This document shows positions 24,147-35,873 of a stretch of 64,000 nucleotides of DNA, piece after piece. The notes beneath the pieces were generated by a model. It saw nothing but the letters and a program-made list of their open reading frames with translations. It searched no databases and was not told the DNA's origin. Position 1 is the stretch's first letter; each line of letters starts with the position of its first letter. Location of the stretch: positions 897,685-961,684 of the forward strand of contig NW_015162478.1 in assembly GCF_001447785.1 (NCBI RefSeq), given 5' to 3'. Source of the stretch: Gekko japonicus. Taxonomy: Eukaryota. The translations under genes and the position numbers were made by a program.

Positions 24147-24427
24147 AGGAGGAGGAGGAGGAGATTGGATTTATACCCCGCCCTTCACTACCCGAAGGAG
24201 TCTCAGAGTGACTTACAATCCCTTTCCCTTCCCCTCCCCACAACAGACACCCTGTGAGGTAGGTGGGGCTGAGAGAGCTCTCTCGAGAACTGCCCTTGAG
24301 AGAACATCTCTGAAAGAACTTATGACTGACCCAAGGGCACACCAGCAGCTGCATGTGGAGGAGTGGGGAATCAAACCTGGTTCTCCCAGATCAAAGTCCG
24401 CACTCTTAACCACTACACCAAACTAGC
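24147..24427 (-). mobile_element. Squam3-like SINE
   Basis: Homologous to 7375-7661; (GGA)n tail on the + strand. Confidence 0.88.
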
Positions 24428-24499
24428 TTTCATTGCTTGAATTATGGAGGAACCAAGGCACAGACCCCGCAAAAAAAACAAAACCCTTAGCAATACTTC

Positions 24500-24690
24500 A
24501 CAGCCAACTTATGGCGACCCCTGTAGGATTTTCAAGGCAAGAGACCTTCAGACATGGTTTGCTATTGCCTGCCTCTGCATTATCACCTTGGATTTCCTTG
24601 GTGGCCTCATATCCAAATACTGACCAGGGCTGACCATGCTTAGCTTCTGAGGTCTGACAAGATCATGCTACCTGGGTTACCGAGGCACAC
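24500..24690 (-). mobile_element. 5S rRNA-headed SINE
   Basis: atccaaatactgaccagggctgaccatgcttagcttctgag. Confidence 0.75.
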
Positions 24691-25417
24691 TTGCCATCGC
24701 TCCTGCTTTTAGAAGGCTACTGTAGGGGATGATCTGTCGATGGTTTATTAAAGAGCCCCTTATCTCCCCCCCCCCAAAGCACTGACAGAAGTACAATATA
24801 TATACCCATCTGCTGCCTCATTCCCGCCTTCAGTCCAACCAACATTGCACATTTCTCAAGCACCTCAAAACTCTGCACACTCTGTTTGCCAGCAATAACT
24901 CTCTGAGAAATACACACGCCACAACCAACACAGACCGCTTCCTGCTACCTCTTCTTTAAAAAGAATCTATCGACTGTCTTGAGAAACAGATTTTCTCTTA
25001 CTGATTTCTACGTTAGGGTGACAAGTGCTCTTGGGGTGAGGGAGGGGGGAACCGGAGGGATCTCTTATAGCCCTAGGTCTTCAGATTTAGTACATGAGGG
25101 TTTCATTGCTGCTAGTAAGGGAGTCCTGGTTTCAGAGAATTTGGCTGTCCTATCTGATTTTGGCAGGCTGTGCTGGTTTGCTCGCTGGAGGGTGAGCGGC
25201 TTTTTAAGAACAACTCCACGAGAGAGACGACCATAGGGGGAGAGGTAGGCAGATTAGACAGTTTGCATCAGAGACCATCTGGCAGGGGGGAGGTACTGGC
25301 ATGGCGAAGCAGCAAGCGAGTTAACAGGGGCACCGCAGCGGCCATGACCCTCTGCTGAAGCTTAAGACTCTCTGGACTTATTTTGATGAGGGGTGCATAT
25401 GTTGGGGGGAGGGGGAA

Positions 25418-25945
25418 TATCAATCAATCAATCAATTTATTGTGTTTAGCCACGGGCCATCACAAAGTTACAGAAACCAGAACTGAATAAAATACAGATT
25501 ATATACAGTACAAATTAGACATATACAGTACAAAGAGAATTCCACTAAAACAAAAGTTAGTACCAAAATTCAATATATTGGCAACAGGTTCAAGTAGCAT
25601 CCTTTCTTTGCAGCATTAGACCTTACCTTCATAGCAGCGACGGCAAAAAGTGAGAATCTATATGTAACATGTGCACTGGTATCACAAAGCGAAAATATGA
25701 TTTTCTCAGTGTGTCTGTATACAAGGTTAAGCCGGACAAAATTCCCGCCAAAAACTTAGACCTAGGATCAGAATATAAAGGGCAGAAGAGGATATAATGA
25801 GGCAAATCCTCTACTGTACAGGCTCTTGGGCCACTGGAATTTGAGAATAACGACCAGACAATAATGCTGGGGGCATAGAGTGAAATCGTAATAAAGGACA
25901 CTCTAAGATTATGGGAGGCAATAAATTCTGCAGAAATCCTTGACA
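25418..25945 (-). mobile_element. Non-LTR retrotransposon 3' end (RTE-X-like)
   Basis: Frameshifted LRFHSMPPALLSGRYSQIPVAQ / VEDLPHYILFCPLY zinc-knuckle end; aataaa followed by (TTGA)n tail on the minus strand. Confidence 0.7.
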
Positions 25946-26164
25946 TCTTTCAAAGTCTTGCAGTCTTACCACGGTACTTCTGCAAAACACCAGAGATTAG
26001 CAGAGTATTAAAGCCCCCCCGCCCCCGCCTACCCCACTGGGGAGAACGAGCAGTGATATAGTAACCGGGACATAAAAGCAAAGCCAGACTGGGTTGTGGC
26101 AAGGGTAAGGGTCCTTCCTCTAAAGGAAGCACAGAAGGAGTGGGAAGGAAGACAAAAGAGCTCA

Positions 26165-26362
26165 GCCCTGATCTGGATGGTCCAGGCTAGCCCAATCTTG
26201 TCAGATATCAGTAGCTTAGCAGAGTCGGCCCTGGTTTGTACTTGGATGGGAGACCACCAAGGAAGCCCAGGGTCACTATGCAGAGGCAGGCAATGGCAAA
26301 CCACCTCTGAACGTCTCTTGCCTTGAAAACCCTACGCGGTTGCCATAAGTTGGCTGCAACTA
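26165..26362 (+). mobile_element. 5S rRNA-headed SINE
   Basis: gtacttggatgggagaccaccaagg...ttgccttgaaaaccctacgcggttgccataag. Confidence 0.82.
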
Positions 26363-26500
26363 CCTTCCTCCTCCTCCTCCACCACCACAGAATGGACTCA
26401 AAGAGTGCTAGACCCAAAGCATGTTCAATCCCCAACTCACACGGTGCATTGCTGCAACTAAGGAGGAACTAACGGGGAGAAAAAAGACCACCAGCGGGAG

Positions 26501-26707
26501 CAGTGTTCCCTCTAAGCTGAGTTAGTGTGAGCTAGCTCACAGTTTTTTACCCTCCGGCTCACACATTTTTTGTCTTCGCTCAGGAAGGAGGGCTCCAGAG
26601 CAAACTAATTCGTGCAGCAGCCAAATCGCTTGCTCACAACTTTAATGCCAGGAGCTCACCAAGTAGAATTTTTGCGCACAAGACTCCAGAGCTTAGAGGG
26701 AGCATTG
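26501..26707. mobile_element. hAT MITE, CAGTGTTCCCTCTAAG family, copy 2
   Basis: TSD agcgggag at 26493-26500 and 26708-26715. Confidence 0.95.
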
Positions 26708-27843
26708 AGCGGGAGTCATGAACAAACTGTTATACTCCGATCCCACCTGTCCTCCAAGGGTAACAGCCTTGGCTCTCCTCATTTAATTTTCACAACAACC
26801 CAGTGAGGTACAACAGGCTACATGAGCAGTCACCCAGAGAGCTCCATGGCAGTGTGAGGCTTTGAGCTCAGGGTCTCCCTGATCCTAGCTGTTCACTCTA
26901 ACCACTACACCACACCGGCTCTCAGTACAACTGGTGTACAGTACAGCACTGGCTCTAAGGAGCCTTAGATGATAAAATCTGGGGTTGGGCCCCAGTGGCA
27001 CACCTGAAACTCCTAGGGCTGATCATACTAGGGAAAGCACTCACAATTATTTCACAAACGCATTGCTGCAGCAGCAATAAGTGTTCCAAATACCTTGAAA
27101 TTGGTGGGATGACCTCTGGTCAGGAAAGAGAAGAGACGGCGCTTGGCCATTTCCTAGGAGAACTGGTATGGGGTTGCTATAGAAACTCTCTATTCCTTTC
27201 CCACCATCCTAGGTATGAAAGGCAACAGTAGATGCAGAGGATTCATTTTCCTGGGCAATTCATTTTCCTAAAGCATCCTCATAGTTGGGCTGGCCCATCA
27301 AAAGAGGCTAGAACATTACTGATGAGCCACACACACACACATGCACAGCAGGTCCACAAAACATATGGCGAGAGCTAAAATATTGCCGATGTTTAGAATG
27401 CTCCAGAGCCAACTCTGTGGAACTAAACAAAGGACTAGCCAAACCTGCATTTTATGTTTGTTTTGGGGAGGGGGGGTAGGAATCATTCAGAAACAAGGCG
27501 ATTGCAGTTCAGGCCCGCAAAAGTAAAGCCACTGTATATTTATGTAGCCTGCCTAACAGAGAGAGTTTGCTTCAGAATGAAGAGGGTGCAAAGTTTCAGT
27601 AGGAAGGAGATCTGGAGTTTCTGCATTTTGAAAAAGGGAGGGATGTGGCACGAACTTCATAAAGAAGGTCGCCCAGCATGTCGGACTGTGCAAACAGACA
27701 CTGAAGGAAAGCTCTCAGAAGAGCCATCTTGCCGTTTACAGAACTTTCTTCAGCTACTGCTGTGGGAAAGGCCAATTATTTACTCAAACAACCTTTGGAC
27801 ACACTATTCCGGGGGACTTTCCAAGGCTACTTTCTTCTCAGTC

Positions 27844-28042
27844 TAGGGCTGCCAACCTCCAGGTGGGGACTTGAGATCGCCTAGAATTGCAGCTGATCTC
27901 CAGACTACAGAGATCAGTTGTTCCCCAGGAGAAAACAGCTGCTGTGGAAGGTGGACTCTGTGTCATTATACCTCACTGAGGTCCCCGTCCTCCCCAGGCT
28001 CCATCGCCAAATCTCCAAGAATTTCCAAAGCTGGCAACCCGA
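27844..28042. mobile_element. TAGGGTTGCCA-family hAT MITE
   Basis: tagggctgccaacc...ctggcaacccga. Confidence 0.75.
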
Positions 28043-28322
28043 GTGCACCCACACTGAAGACCTCTGCTCACACTAAACTGTTTTCCCAAAGGCAGACAAG
28101 CCCAGGAGCCCTCTGCAAGCACACCCACCCTGCAGTGCTCTTCCCCAGGAAATCTAAGCTCCCCCCTAACGTGCCTTGTCCTCCAGCAGAGGACCAGACC
28201 TGCCACTGCATGATTCTTCTTAAAGGATCTCCATGTGTGACCATTTATCTTCATCAGATTGTCCACTCTGATTTGCAGCAGTTCTTCAGAACCTCAAGTA
28301 CAGAAAGGTCATTCCCAATACC

Positions 28323-28768
28323 TAAAGGTGCCAACCTCCAGGCGAGGTCTGAAGATCTCGCAGAATTATGACCAGTGTTCCCTCTAAGCTGAGTTAGGGT
28401 GAGCTAGCTCACAGATTTTTTAGCCTCCACACGTTTTTGTCTTCGCTCAGGAAGGAGTGCTCCAGAGCAAACTAATTTATGCAGCGCAGGGCTCTGCAGC
28501 GGCCAAATCGCTCGCTCACAACTTTAATGCCGGTAGCTCACAAAGTAGAATTTTTGCTCACAAGACTCCACAGCTTAGAGGGAGCACTGATTATCACCAA
28601 TCTCCAGATGACAGAGAGATTGGTTCCCCTGGAGAAAAACAGCAGCTCTGGTAGGTGTACTATATGGAAATATACCCTGCTTAGGTACCTTTGTTCTCCA
28701 AGCCCTTCTCTCCACAGGCTCCACCCCAAAATCTCCACGAATTTCTCATCCTGGAGTTGGCAACCCTA
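28323..28768. mobile_element. TAGGGTTGCCA-family hAT MITE hosting a nested MITE
   Basis: TSD ccaatacc at 28315-28322 and 28769-28776. Confidence 0.88.
28373..28589. mobile_element. hAT MITE, CAGTGTTCCCTCTAAG family, copy 3 (nested)
   Basis: TSD attatgac/attatcac, one mismatch. Confidence 0.92.
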
Positions 28769-28854
28769 CCAATACCTGTGATCTGAAATCCTTTTTTTGT
28801 TTGTCAGGGATTGAACCTGGGACGGGGGGGGGGGGGGGGGGGGAGGCCTCTGTC

Positions 28855-28988
28855 NNNNNNNNNNNNNNNNNNNNNNNNNNNNNNNNNNNNNNNNNNNNNN
28901 NNNNNNNNNNNNNNNNNNNNNNNNNNNNNNNNNNNNNNNNNNNNNNNNNNNNNNNNNNNNNNNNNNNNNNNNNNNNNNNNNNNNNNNN
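28855..28988. other. Assembly gap
   Basis: N run. Confidence 1.
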
Positions 28989-29666
28989 AATGGCAGGGCA
29001 GCTTCCCTTTCCTTCCCCAGCCTCCCCTTTGCTGTGGGGGGTTTGGGGAAGGAAAAGGAAAGCCACCCTACTGCTTTAGGTCAGTTTCACTCCCCTCCCC
29101 TGAGCTGTTAAATATAACAGCTGATAGGTGGGAAGTGAAACTGACCAGAAGTGACAGGGAGGCTTCCCTTTCTTTCCCCAGCCTCCCCACAGCTCCAGGG
29201 TTAGGGGCACTGGGGGTGGGGTGGGGTGGGGGTCCAAGGGTGGGTCTGGCATCCCCCTGTGGTGGGACAGGGCTCATCGGCGGTGGGGTGCCACCTCCAA
29301 ATACCCCACCATAGCTACGGGCCTGGTCTGCATGCCAAATACGTGTTTTACTAGTAAGCCTCAACTTAAAGGGAGAAGACCAGAGAAGGAGACCAGAGAA
29401 ACACCTGAAACCACCCCCCAATCTCTCCGTGGGCATTTTAGAGCAGGCCCACACCAGCGTGACCTACTGCATGCCAAACCCCAGCTCACAGGCCCTGCCT
29501 TTTGGCTTGCCAAGCAAGTGACAATACATAGGCATATGGACTTTTTTTTTTTTGGTTTTGCCATCCAAGGTATGCAGCAAAACCAGGTTTCTTGAGCACA
29601 GGTGAGTTGGCACACTGCTCCTGGGCCTTCCTGTTGGAACAAACCAAAATCTCCACTGTTCCCAGG

Positions 29667-29872
29667 CAATGTTCCCTCTAAGCTGTGGAGTCTTGTGAGC
29701 AAAAATTCTACTTTGTGAGCTACCAGCATTAAAGCTGTGAGCAAGCGGTTTGGCTACGGCATCAATTACTTTGCGCTGGAGCCATCCTTCCTGAGCTAAG
29801 ACAAAAATCTGTGAGCTGGAAGCTAAAAAACTGTGAGCTAGCTCACACTAACTCAGCTTAGAGGGAACACTG
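29667..29872. mobile_element. hAT MITE, CAGTGTTCCCTCTAAG family, copy 4 (inverted)
   Basis: TSD ttcccagg at 29659-29666 and 29873-29880. Confidence 0.95.
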
Positions 29873-30676
29873 TTCCCAGGTTGCTGCTGCGCTTACTTTC
29901 CACAGATACTCGAAAGCTTCTGATATGCCAGGGACACATGGAGGGAGGTTTTATGCTTTTATATAACTCAATGTGAAACGCTGCCGTCCCCAGCATGGCA
30001 GTAAAAGAACTCGCTGAAGGTCAGGGTTGTTTGCTTACAAGCAAAGGGAGAACACGATGTGAACACAGGTCCACATTTACCAGCAGTTGTGTGGTGTGTA
30101 CTGGGTCAGAGGGATTAGGAAAATGACTGGGTGTTTGATTGGAGAACGGGTTAATGTACAATTCTGGGATTGCACAGGGGTTAGCGGGTACCTTTCCCAT
30201 CTGCTACGAAAGCTGAAAATGATAGCCTACTGCAGGGCTAGATGGGGGGGGGGGAGAAATCTCTTTCTCTCTCATTCTTATCACATTTCTAGGCTCCCTA
30301 GATTTATTCTTCCAGCTGTGGCTAACAGCTTATCGATTTATAACTGAGGAAACACATTAATGTTTGGTGTCATGAAAAAAAAGGTACAGAAGTTCAAACC
30401 CCGCTGGTGCAATTTCCCAAGAGAAACGTCAATCCAGGTACAGAAGTGAATGAAGAAGCTCCGAGTTCATGCAACAAGCAACACCCTGAGAGTGAAAAAC
30501 AGACCTTTCCCTTGCTCTCTTCCAGTTGGGGGACCAAGATAATCTTTGGAGGAAAGTGCAAATGAACTCTTCAGAACCTTCAATGCAGAGGAGGTCTCCC
30601 TAGGGACCATCGACCTGAGCTGCAACATGGAAGGAACTCATAGCAGCTCAAAGAAAGGGTGACAGGGGAGCAATAG

Positions 30677-30760
30677 TTAGGTTCAAGTCCAGTAGCACCT
30701 TAGAAATCAACAAGAGTTTCAGGATAAAGCTCTTGAGAGTCAAAGTTCCCTTCATCAGAC
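30677..30760 (-). mobile_element. Penelope-like fragment with hammerhead-ribozyme remnant
   Basis: Minus strand gtCTGATGAagggaactttgactctCAAGAGctt: CUGAUGA box, stem II, mutated GAAA box. Confidence 0.6.
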
Positions 30761-31691
30761 ACAAGTAGAGTAGAAAATACTTTAATCCTAGACGAAAGGA
30801 AGGATGGGTGCTGTAAAGAATGCTTGTAAAGGATGCAAAAGTACACTGCATACTGTCATCAGCTTAATTACAGCAGAGGAGAAATGCTTGGAGGGCAGAA
30901 TATTAGCATCTGTAGTGACAGGCACAGTCCTTGACATGTGGCTTAGGAGCTCCTATTTATGCCCCGAGCAGGAATCAGTGTATGTGGATTCTCCACAGTG
31001 CTGAGGTCTAGAAACTTGCTTTGGCTTTCTTTTTGAAAACATGAGCTCCGATTTCCACGACTGTGCTAGCACTCCTCATCTCATGCCCCGGGGGTCGCTT
31101 TCTGTGCCTGCTAGCAATGTCGCTGCCACTCAGATCTCTGGAACTTGCCTGAGGAAGATAGTTGCAAGACCTCCCATACTCTGCGTACGTGCCTAGCGTG
31201 TACAGTGCTCCACAAAACATGCTCACAGTTCACATCCGGAGAGAAGGACCAATCGCTCTGCAATTTGCAGAGGCGAGGAAAAGGCTGGCTGCAGAACACT
31301 CCTAGTCAAACATTACACCAAATGTCCGGAGGGCCAAGTTCTACCTGAGCTGACTGTTTATCCAGCAAATACAGTTAGAAGTTATGATGCTGCCCCACCC
31401 AAGCTACTCGATCAATGGCATAAAGGTAAGTTGGGGGAAGCCATAAAGTTCGCCAGGCTGTAAAGCCGGGTCACTGCAAAATGATAATCCTCCCTGTCAA
31501 TTTGCGCTGCTCCCATTCACAGAAGCCAGCAGCCATTTTTGAAAAAATAAGTGACCTGTTTGTGTACAACCATGCAACATGAGAATCGGCTAGTTACCGT
31601 ACCCAGAGGATGCGCAAAACCAGTCCCCTTTTTTGCTGAGAGTAAGGGTGCAACAGCAGTAAATTAAATGTCCACCACCAGCATCAAACAT

Positions 31692-31964
31692 GAAGAAGAG
31701 GAAGAAGGGGAGGAGGAGGAAGAGGAAGAAGAAGTGGTTTTTATACCCCACTTTCCCCACCCTAAGGATTTTCAAACCTGACTGCAATTACCCTCCCTTC
31801 CCCTCTCCAAAATCGGCAGCTTGTGTGGCAGGTGGGGCTGAGAGAGTTCTGAGAGAACTGTGACTGGCCCAAGGCCACCAAGCAGGCTTCTTGTGGAGGA
31901 GAGGGGAATCAAATCCCATTCTCCAGATTAGAGGCCGCCACTCTTAACCACTACATCACGCTGG
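31692..31964 (-). mobile_element. Squam3-like SINE
   Basis: ggggaatcaaatccc...ctcttaaccactacatcacgctgg head and purine-repeat tail. Confidence 0.8.
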
Positions 31965-32662
31965 TCGGTCAAGGTCAGGATGGTCTCCTATGACTGGCAG
32001 CCTCTTTCTAGGACCCTCCTGCTGCCTACCATGTGTAGTAGCCATTTTCTAGATAATACCGGTCACCTCTTCTCTGCTCTACACCACAATAAGCCGCTCC
32101 CTCGTTACTGCATGCATACCAGCCAACACAGCAAACAAATTAATACTAATAAAAAGAATACATAATAGGTATGAATACTAAGTAATAAAAAGAATATATA
32201 CATAATAGGTATAAAATCCAACGTGTCTACTATCTGATCCTTTTAAATGGAGATGCTAGGGACTGAACCTGGAACCTTCTGCATGCCAAGCAGATGTTTT
32301 ACCCATGAGCCATGGCCCCTCTTCATATCTAGGAAGCCAAGAATGCCACATGTAGGTGTCTCACCTTTTAAAATATCATTAGGATTTCATATGTTACTAA
32401 GGGCAGAAATGGGGACGGTTGGCCCCAAGTTCTGCCTCAGTCAGTATCAGACCTAGCCAGAAGACAAAGCTTTTCCCAGATGTCTGGTAAATGCATATCT
32501 CCAAACAGGTAGAATACAACTGGTGACTACACAGCTCCTATGATGGCCCCCGTCCAATTTCCTCCCTCAGAAGCAAGGTTTCCCATCCATTTTCCTTTGT
32601 CTGTCTGACTGAGCTGTCCAAGTAATGTGTTTTCTTCTTTCCTGAAGAACTTTGGCTGTCCC

Positions 32663-33503
32663 TGTCACAGTATATCATATTTTGGCTGTCTGCTTAGCCC
32701 AGGAACCTGAGGGAAGGATTGAGAACCCCCTTTAACTTAAATGGCACAAGACATTTTTATATTCCAAATTGACAAAATATTTTATTTAACATAGAGGAGA
32801 TTCAGGGGAAATCAGGGGTAAAAATTCTGAGGCAACTCAATATGGATAACTGAGGCAAAATCAGTACATGCACAGACTTTAGTTCTTGTATTTCAGGATA
32901 ATAAGAGTTTCTTACGCTTTTCACAGTGACTTAAATCTTTATGTTGAGAGGCTTTTGTTCCAGTGTGTTTTCCCCAAACACTCTAGCACACTTTCTTTGA
33001 GTATTCTCTGACTCTGTTGGTTTCCAGAAGGCTTGTACCTTTTCAGTACCCAAACCCCTTCTCTTGAAACACCAGTACTCGCCTTGAGTTTTTAACTGAC
33101 TCTTAAGATCTCCAAAGGCAGTTTCTAACCACACCAGACCAGGGATCTCTGCACTCTTCAGAGCTAATTCCCTGCTTGACTGGGTAGGGAAATTCTCCTC
33201 TCACTAGAAGATCTATCCCCTTTCCTTGGCCCAAACGGGAGTCTCCATCCTTCCCCCAGTTCTCCTGTCTGTGTTACTGCTGTCAGCTAAGGCTGAATTC
33301 CAAAATGGCCAGTACTCTTCTCAGCTAGGGCTGAAATCAGACTGAGTTCTCCTCAGCATCCAGTTCAGAAGTCTCTCTCTGCTCAGCTAATGCAAACCAA
33401 GCAGATCTCTTGGAACAGCCTGTCACTCAAGGCTCTCTGGCTCTGTGAAGAATTAACCCTTCACAGTTCTTCAACTGTTTGTACAGCACTTCTATCCATC
33501 ACA
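32663..33503 (-). mobile_element. Possible solo LTR
   Basis: TGTCAC...ATCACA ends; minus-strand AATAAA at ~32781-32786. TSD not clean. Confidence 0.3.
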
Positions 33504-33927
33504 GCTCCCTTTAAAAACTGGGCTATTTTTAAATATTTGCTGTTACCTGGTTTCAATTTGTTTTCTTCTTGAAAGGTATAATTGTACACTGACTCTGGAG
33601 TTCCAGGATAAAAGCTGAGAAGAAACCTTAACGCTTGTTAAAAGTTATATGAATAATTTATTACTGTAAAATGTCATTGATTCATAATAACTTTGTGTAA
33701 TTAGCATAAGGACAAAGCTTGTTGAATAAAGTTCCTTTTTTGTTGTTCTAGTGAAGTTAATTAAACACACACACACTTGAAAGCCAAGGTGGGATAATGA
33801 GTATCAAAGTAGGATCTGGGAGACTCAGGTTCAAATCTCCACTCTTGCCATGGAAGCTTGCTGGGTAATCTTGGACGATGCTCGCTCACTTGCTCTCGTT
33901 CTCGCTGTCTCTCTCTCTCTCTCTCTC

Positions 33928-34306
33928 NNNNNNNNNNNNNNNNNNNNNNNNNNNNNNNNNNNNNNNNNNNNNNNNNNNNNNNNNNNNNNNNNNNNNNNNN
34001 NNNNNNNNNNNNNNNNNNNNNNNNNNNNNNNNNNNNNNNNNNNNNNNNNNNNNNNNNNNNNNNNNNNNNNNNNNNNNNNNNNNNNNNNNNNNNNNNNNNN
34101 NNNNNNNNNNNNNNNNNNNNNNNNNNNNNNNNNNNNNNNNNNNNNNNNNNNNNNNNNNNNNNNNNNNNNNNNNNNNNNNNNNNNNNNNNNNNNNNNNNNN
34201 NNNNNNNNNNNNNNNNNNNNNNNNNNNNNNNNNNNNNNNNNNNNNNNNNNNNNNNNNNNNNNNNNNNNNNNNNNNNNNNNNNNNNNNNNNNNNNNNNNNN
34301 NNNNNN
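33928..34306. other. Assembly gap inside a SINE; the right flank is the end of a CAGGGC-type hAT MITE
   Basis: N run after (CT)n; ctgcccaaaaatagccctg follows, as at 63143-63161. Confidence 0.95.
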
Positions 34307-34665
34307 CTGCCCAAAAATAGCCCTGCCTTAACCTATCTGACAAGGGTGCTCAGAGGATAAACCGGAAGAGGGCTTTTCTCATCTAACTACCCACATCCAA
34401 AAATAATATTCTCAAACTTTCTGTTGCTTTCGAGGGCTTATCTGCAACTGCTGCTGCTGTTTTTTCCACTGAGTGGAAAGTCATGGAAATTCACACCCCA
34501 CACCCATAGGTGCCTTGGCAGTATATGACCAAAACAAATCAGCAAATTTGGGTGGCAAGCAGTAGACTCAAACAACCCAGAGACCCAGGTTCAAATGCAT
34601 GCTCTGCCATGGAAACTTGCTGGATGACCTTGGGCCAGTCATACACTTTCAGCCTAACCTCGCGG

Positions 34666-34810
34666 AAGAACAAATTTGGAGTCCAGTGGCACCTGTAAGA
34701 CCAACAAAGTTTTATTCAAGGTATACCTTGAACTTTGCTGCTCTTAAAGGTGCTACTGGACTCTACTTTTGTTCTACTGCTTCAGACCAACACGGCTGAC
34801 CACGTGGATT
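34666..34810. mobile_element. Penelope-like inverted-repeat remnant inserted in a MIR-like SINE
   Basis: gagtccagtggcacc...ggtgctactggactc; the host SINE resumes at ttacctcacag. Confidence 0.6.
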
Positions 34811-35126
34811 TACCTCACAGAGGTGTTGTGCAAATAAAATGGAGGAAAAGGGAACGGTGTAAGCCACTTTGGGTCCCCACTGAGAAGGAAGTTGGGGTAT
34901 AAATAAAGTAAATACATAAATGTACGCTGTTGCTTTGAAAGCAGCCACAGTGCATCTGCTGATTCATGTTAATCATGCCTTAATATTAACAAATAATTTG
35001 GGCTCAAACACTGGTCTGATAGATATGGATAGTAGCATAGAAATGAAAACAACCCTGAATGACTCCCCACTAATATTGGGGAGAAAGGAGGGGTATAAAA
35101 AGAAGTAAATCAATAAATATACTAGA

Positions 35127-35641
35127 GGCCCCGGTCACACGGGCCGGATATCACGGGGGGGAGGCGTGGCTGTTTGCCCCGGAGCGAACTACCGCGCGGC
35201 AGCCGGATCAAATGTCCCGCCTGACGTCCCGTGGTTGAGGGGAGGCGCCGATCATACCTCACTCCTGCGGCGCGGCAAAGAAGCGGCATCGTGGGGGTTG
35301 TGTTGGGTTTTTTTAATCCAAGTGTTCGCATGCGCCGTTGGGCGCTTGTGCGCACCCGTGGAGACTTGACAAAAAAACACAACTTTTCGCAACAGGACAT
35401 GGGCGGGCACTGGATGCCACAAGCTAACACCGGAAACGTGATCTGACGCCCGCTCTTGCCCCACGGTTTCCGGAAACTAGTACCTTGGAGGTACTAGTTT
35501 TTTACAGTGCATCTTCGGCGTGAAGCCTCGGGTGAGCCACGGGAGCTCTACACTTCCCAGATGTGGCGGTGAGATCGCGCCCGGAAAATCCGCCTATCTT
35601 CCGTCTCTCTAGCGTGCCTAATGCTCCGTGTGACCGGGGCC
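35127..35641. mobile_element. PIF/Harbinger-like MITE, CpG-rich
   Basis: Perfect 16-bp TIR GGCCCCGGTCACACGG; 3-bp TSD aga. Confidence 0.88.
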
Positions 35642-35667
35642 AGAGTTGGTTTTGCAGGAGTCCTGAC

Positions 35668-35873
35668 CAGTGTTCCCTCTAAGCTGAGTTAGTGTGAGCT
35701 AGCTCACAGTTTTTTAGCCTCTGGCTCACAGATTTTTGTCTTAGCTCAGGAAGGGTGGCTCCAGGGCAAACTAATTTATGCAGTAGCCAAATCGCTCGCT
35801 CACAACTTTAATGCCAGTCGCTCACAAAGTAGAATTTTTGCTCACAAGACTCCACAGCTTAGAGGGAGCATTG
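35668..35873. mobile_element. hAT MITE, CAGTGTTCCCTCTAAG family, copy 5
   Basis: TSD gtcctgac at 35660-35667 and 35874-35881. Confidence 0.95.

Noticed and set aside
24930-25390. Possible 5' or ORF1 region of a LINE next to the RTE-X-like fragment
   Set aside because: No motif I can recognise; left unassigned.
26185-26275. 5S rRNA-like sequence (also at 9725, 14760, 21670, 22570, 51960)
   Set aside because: Lacks the 5S 5' end, is diverged and continues into a SINE tail; not rRNA genes.
31008-31348. Cluster of 62-72 aa ORFs in unique DNA
   Set aside because: No recognisable protein or convincing exon boundaries.
33831-34360. Long ORFs in several frames (also 28746-29314)
   Set aside because: Artefacts of translating N gaps.
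35127-35641. CpG island as a host-gene promoter
   Set aside because: Bounded exactly by TIRs and a TSD, so it is a transposon.
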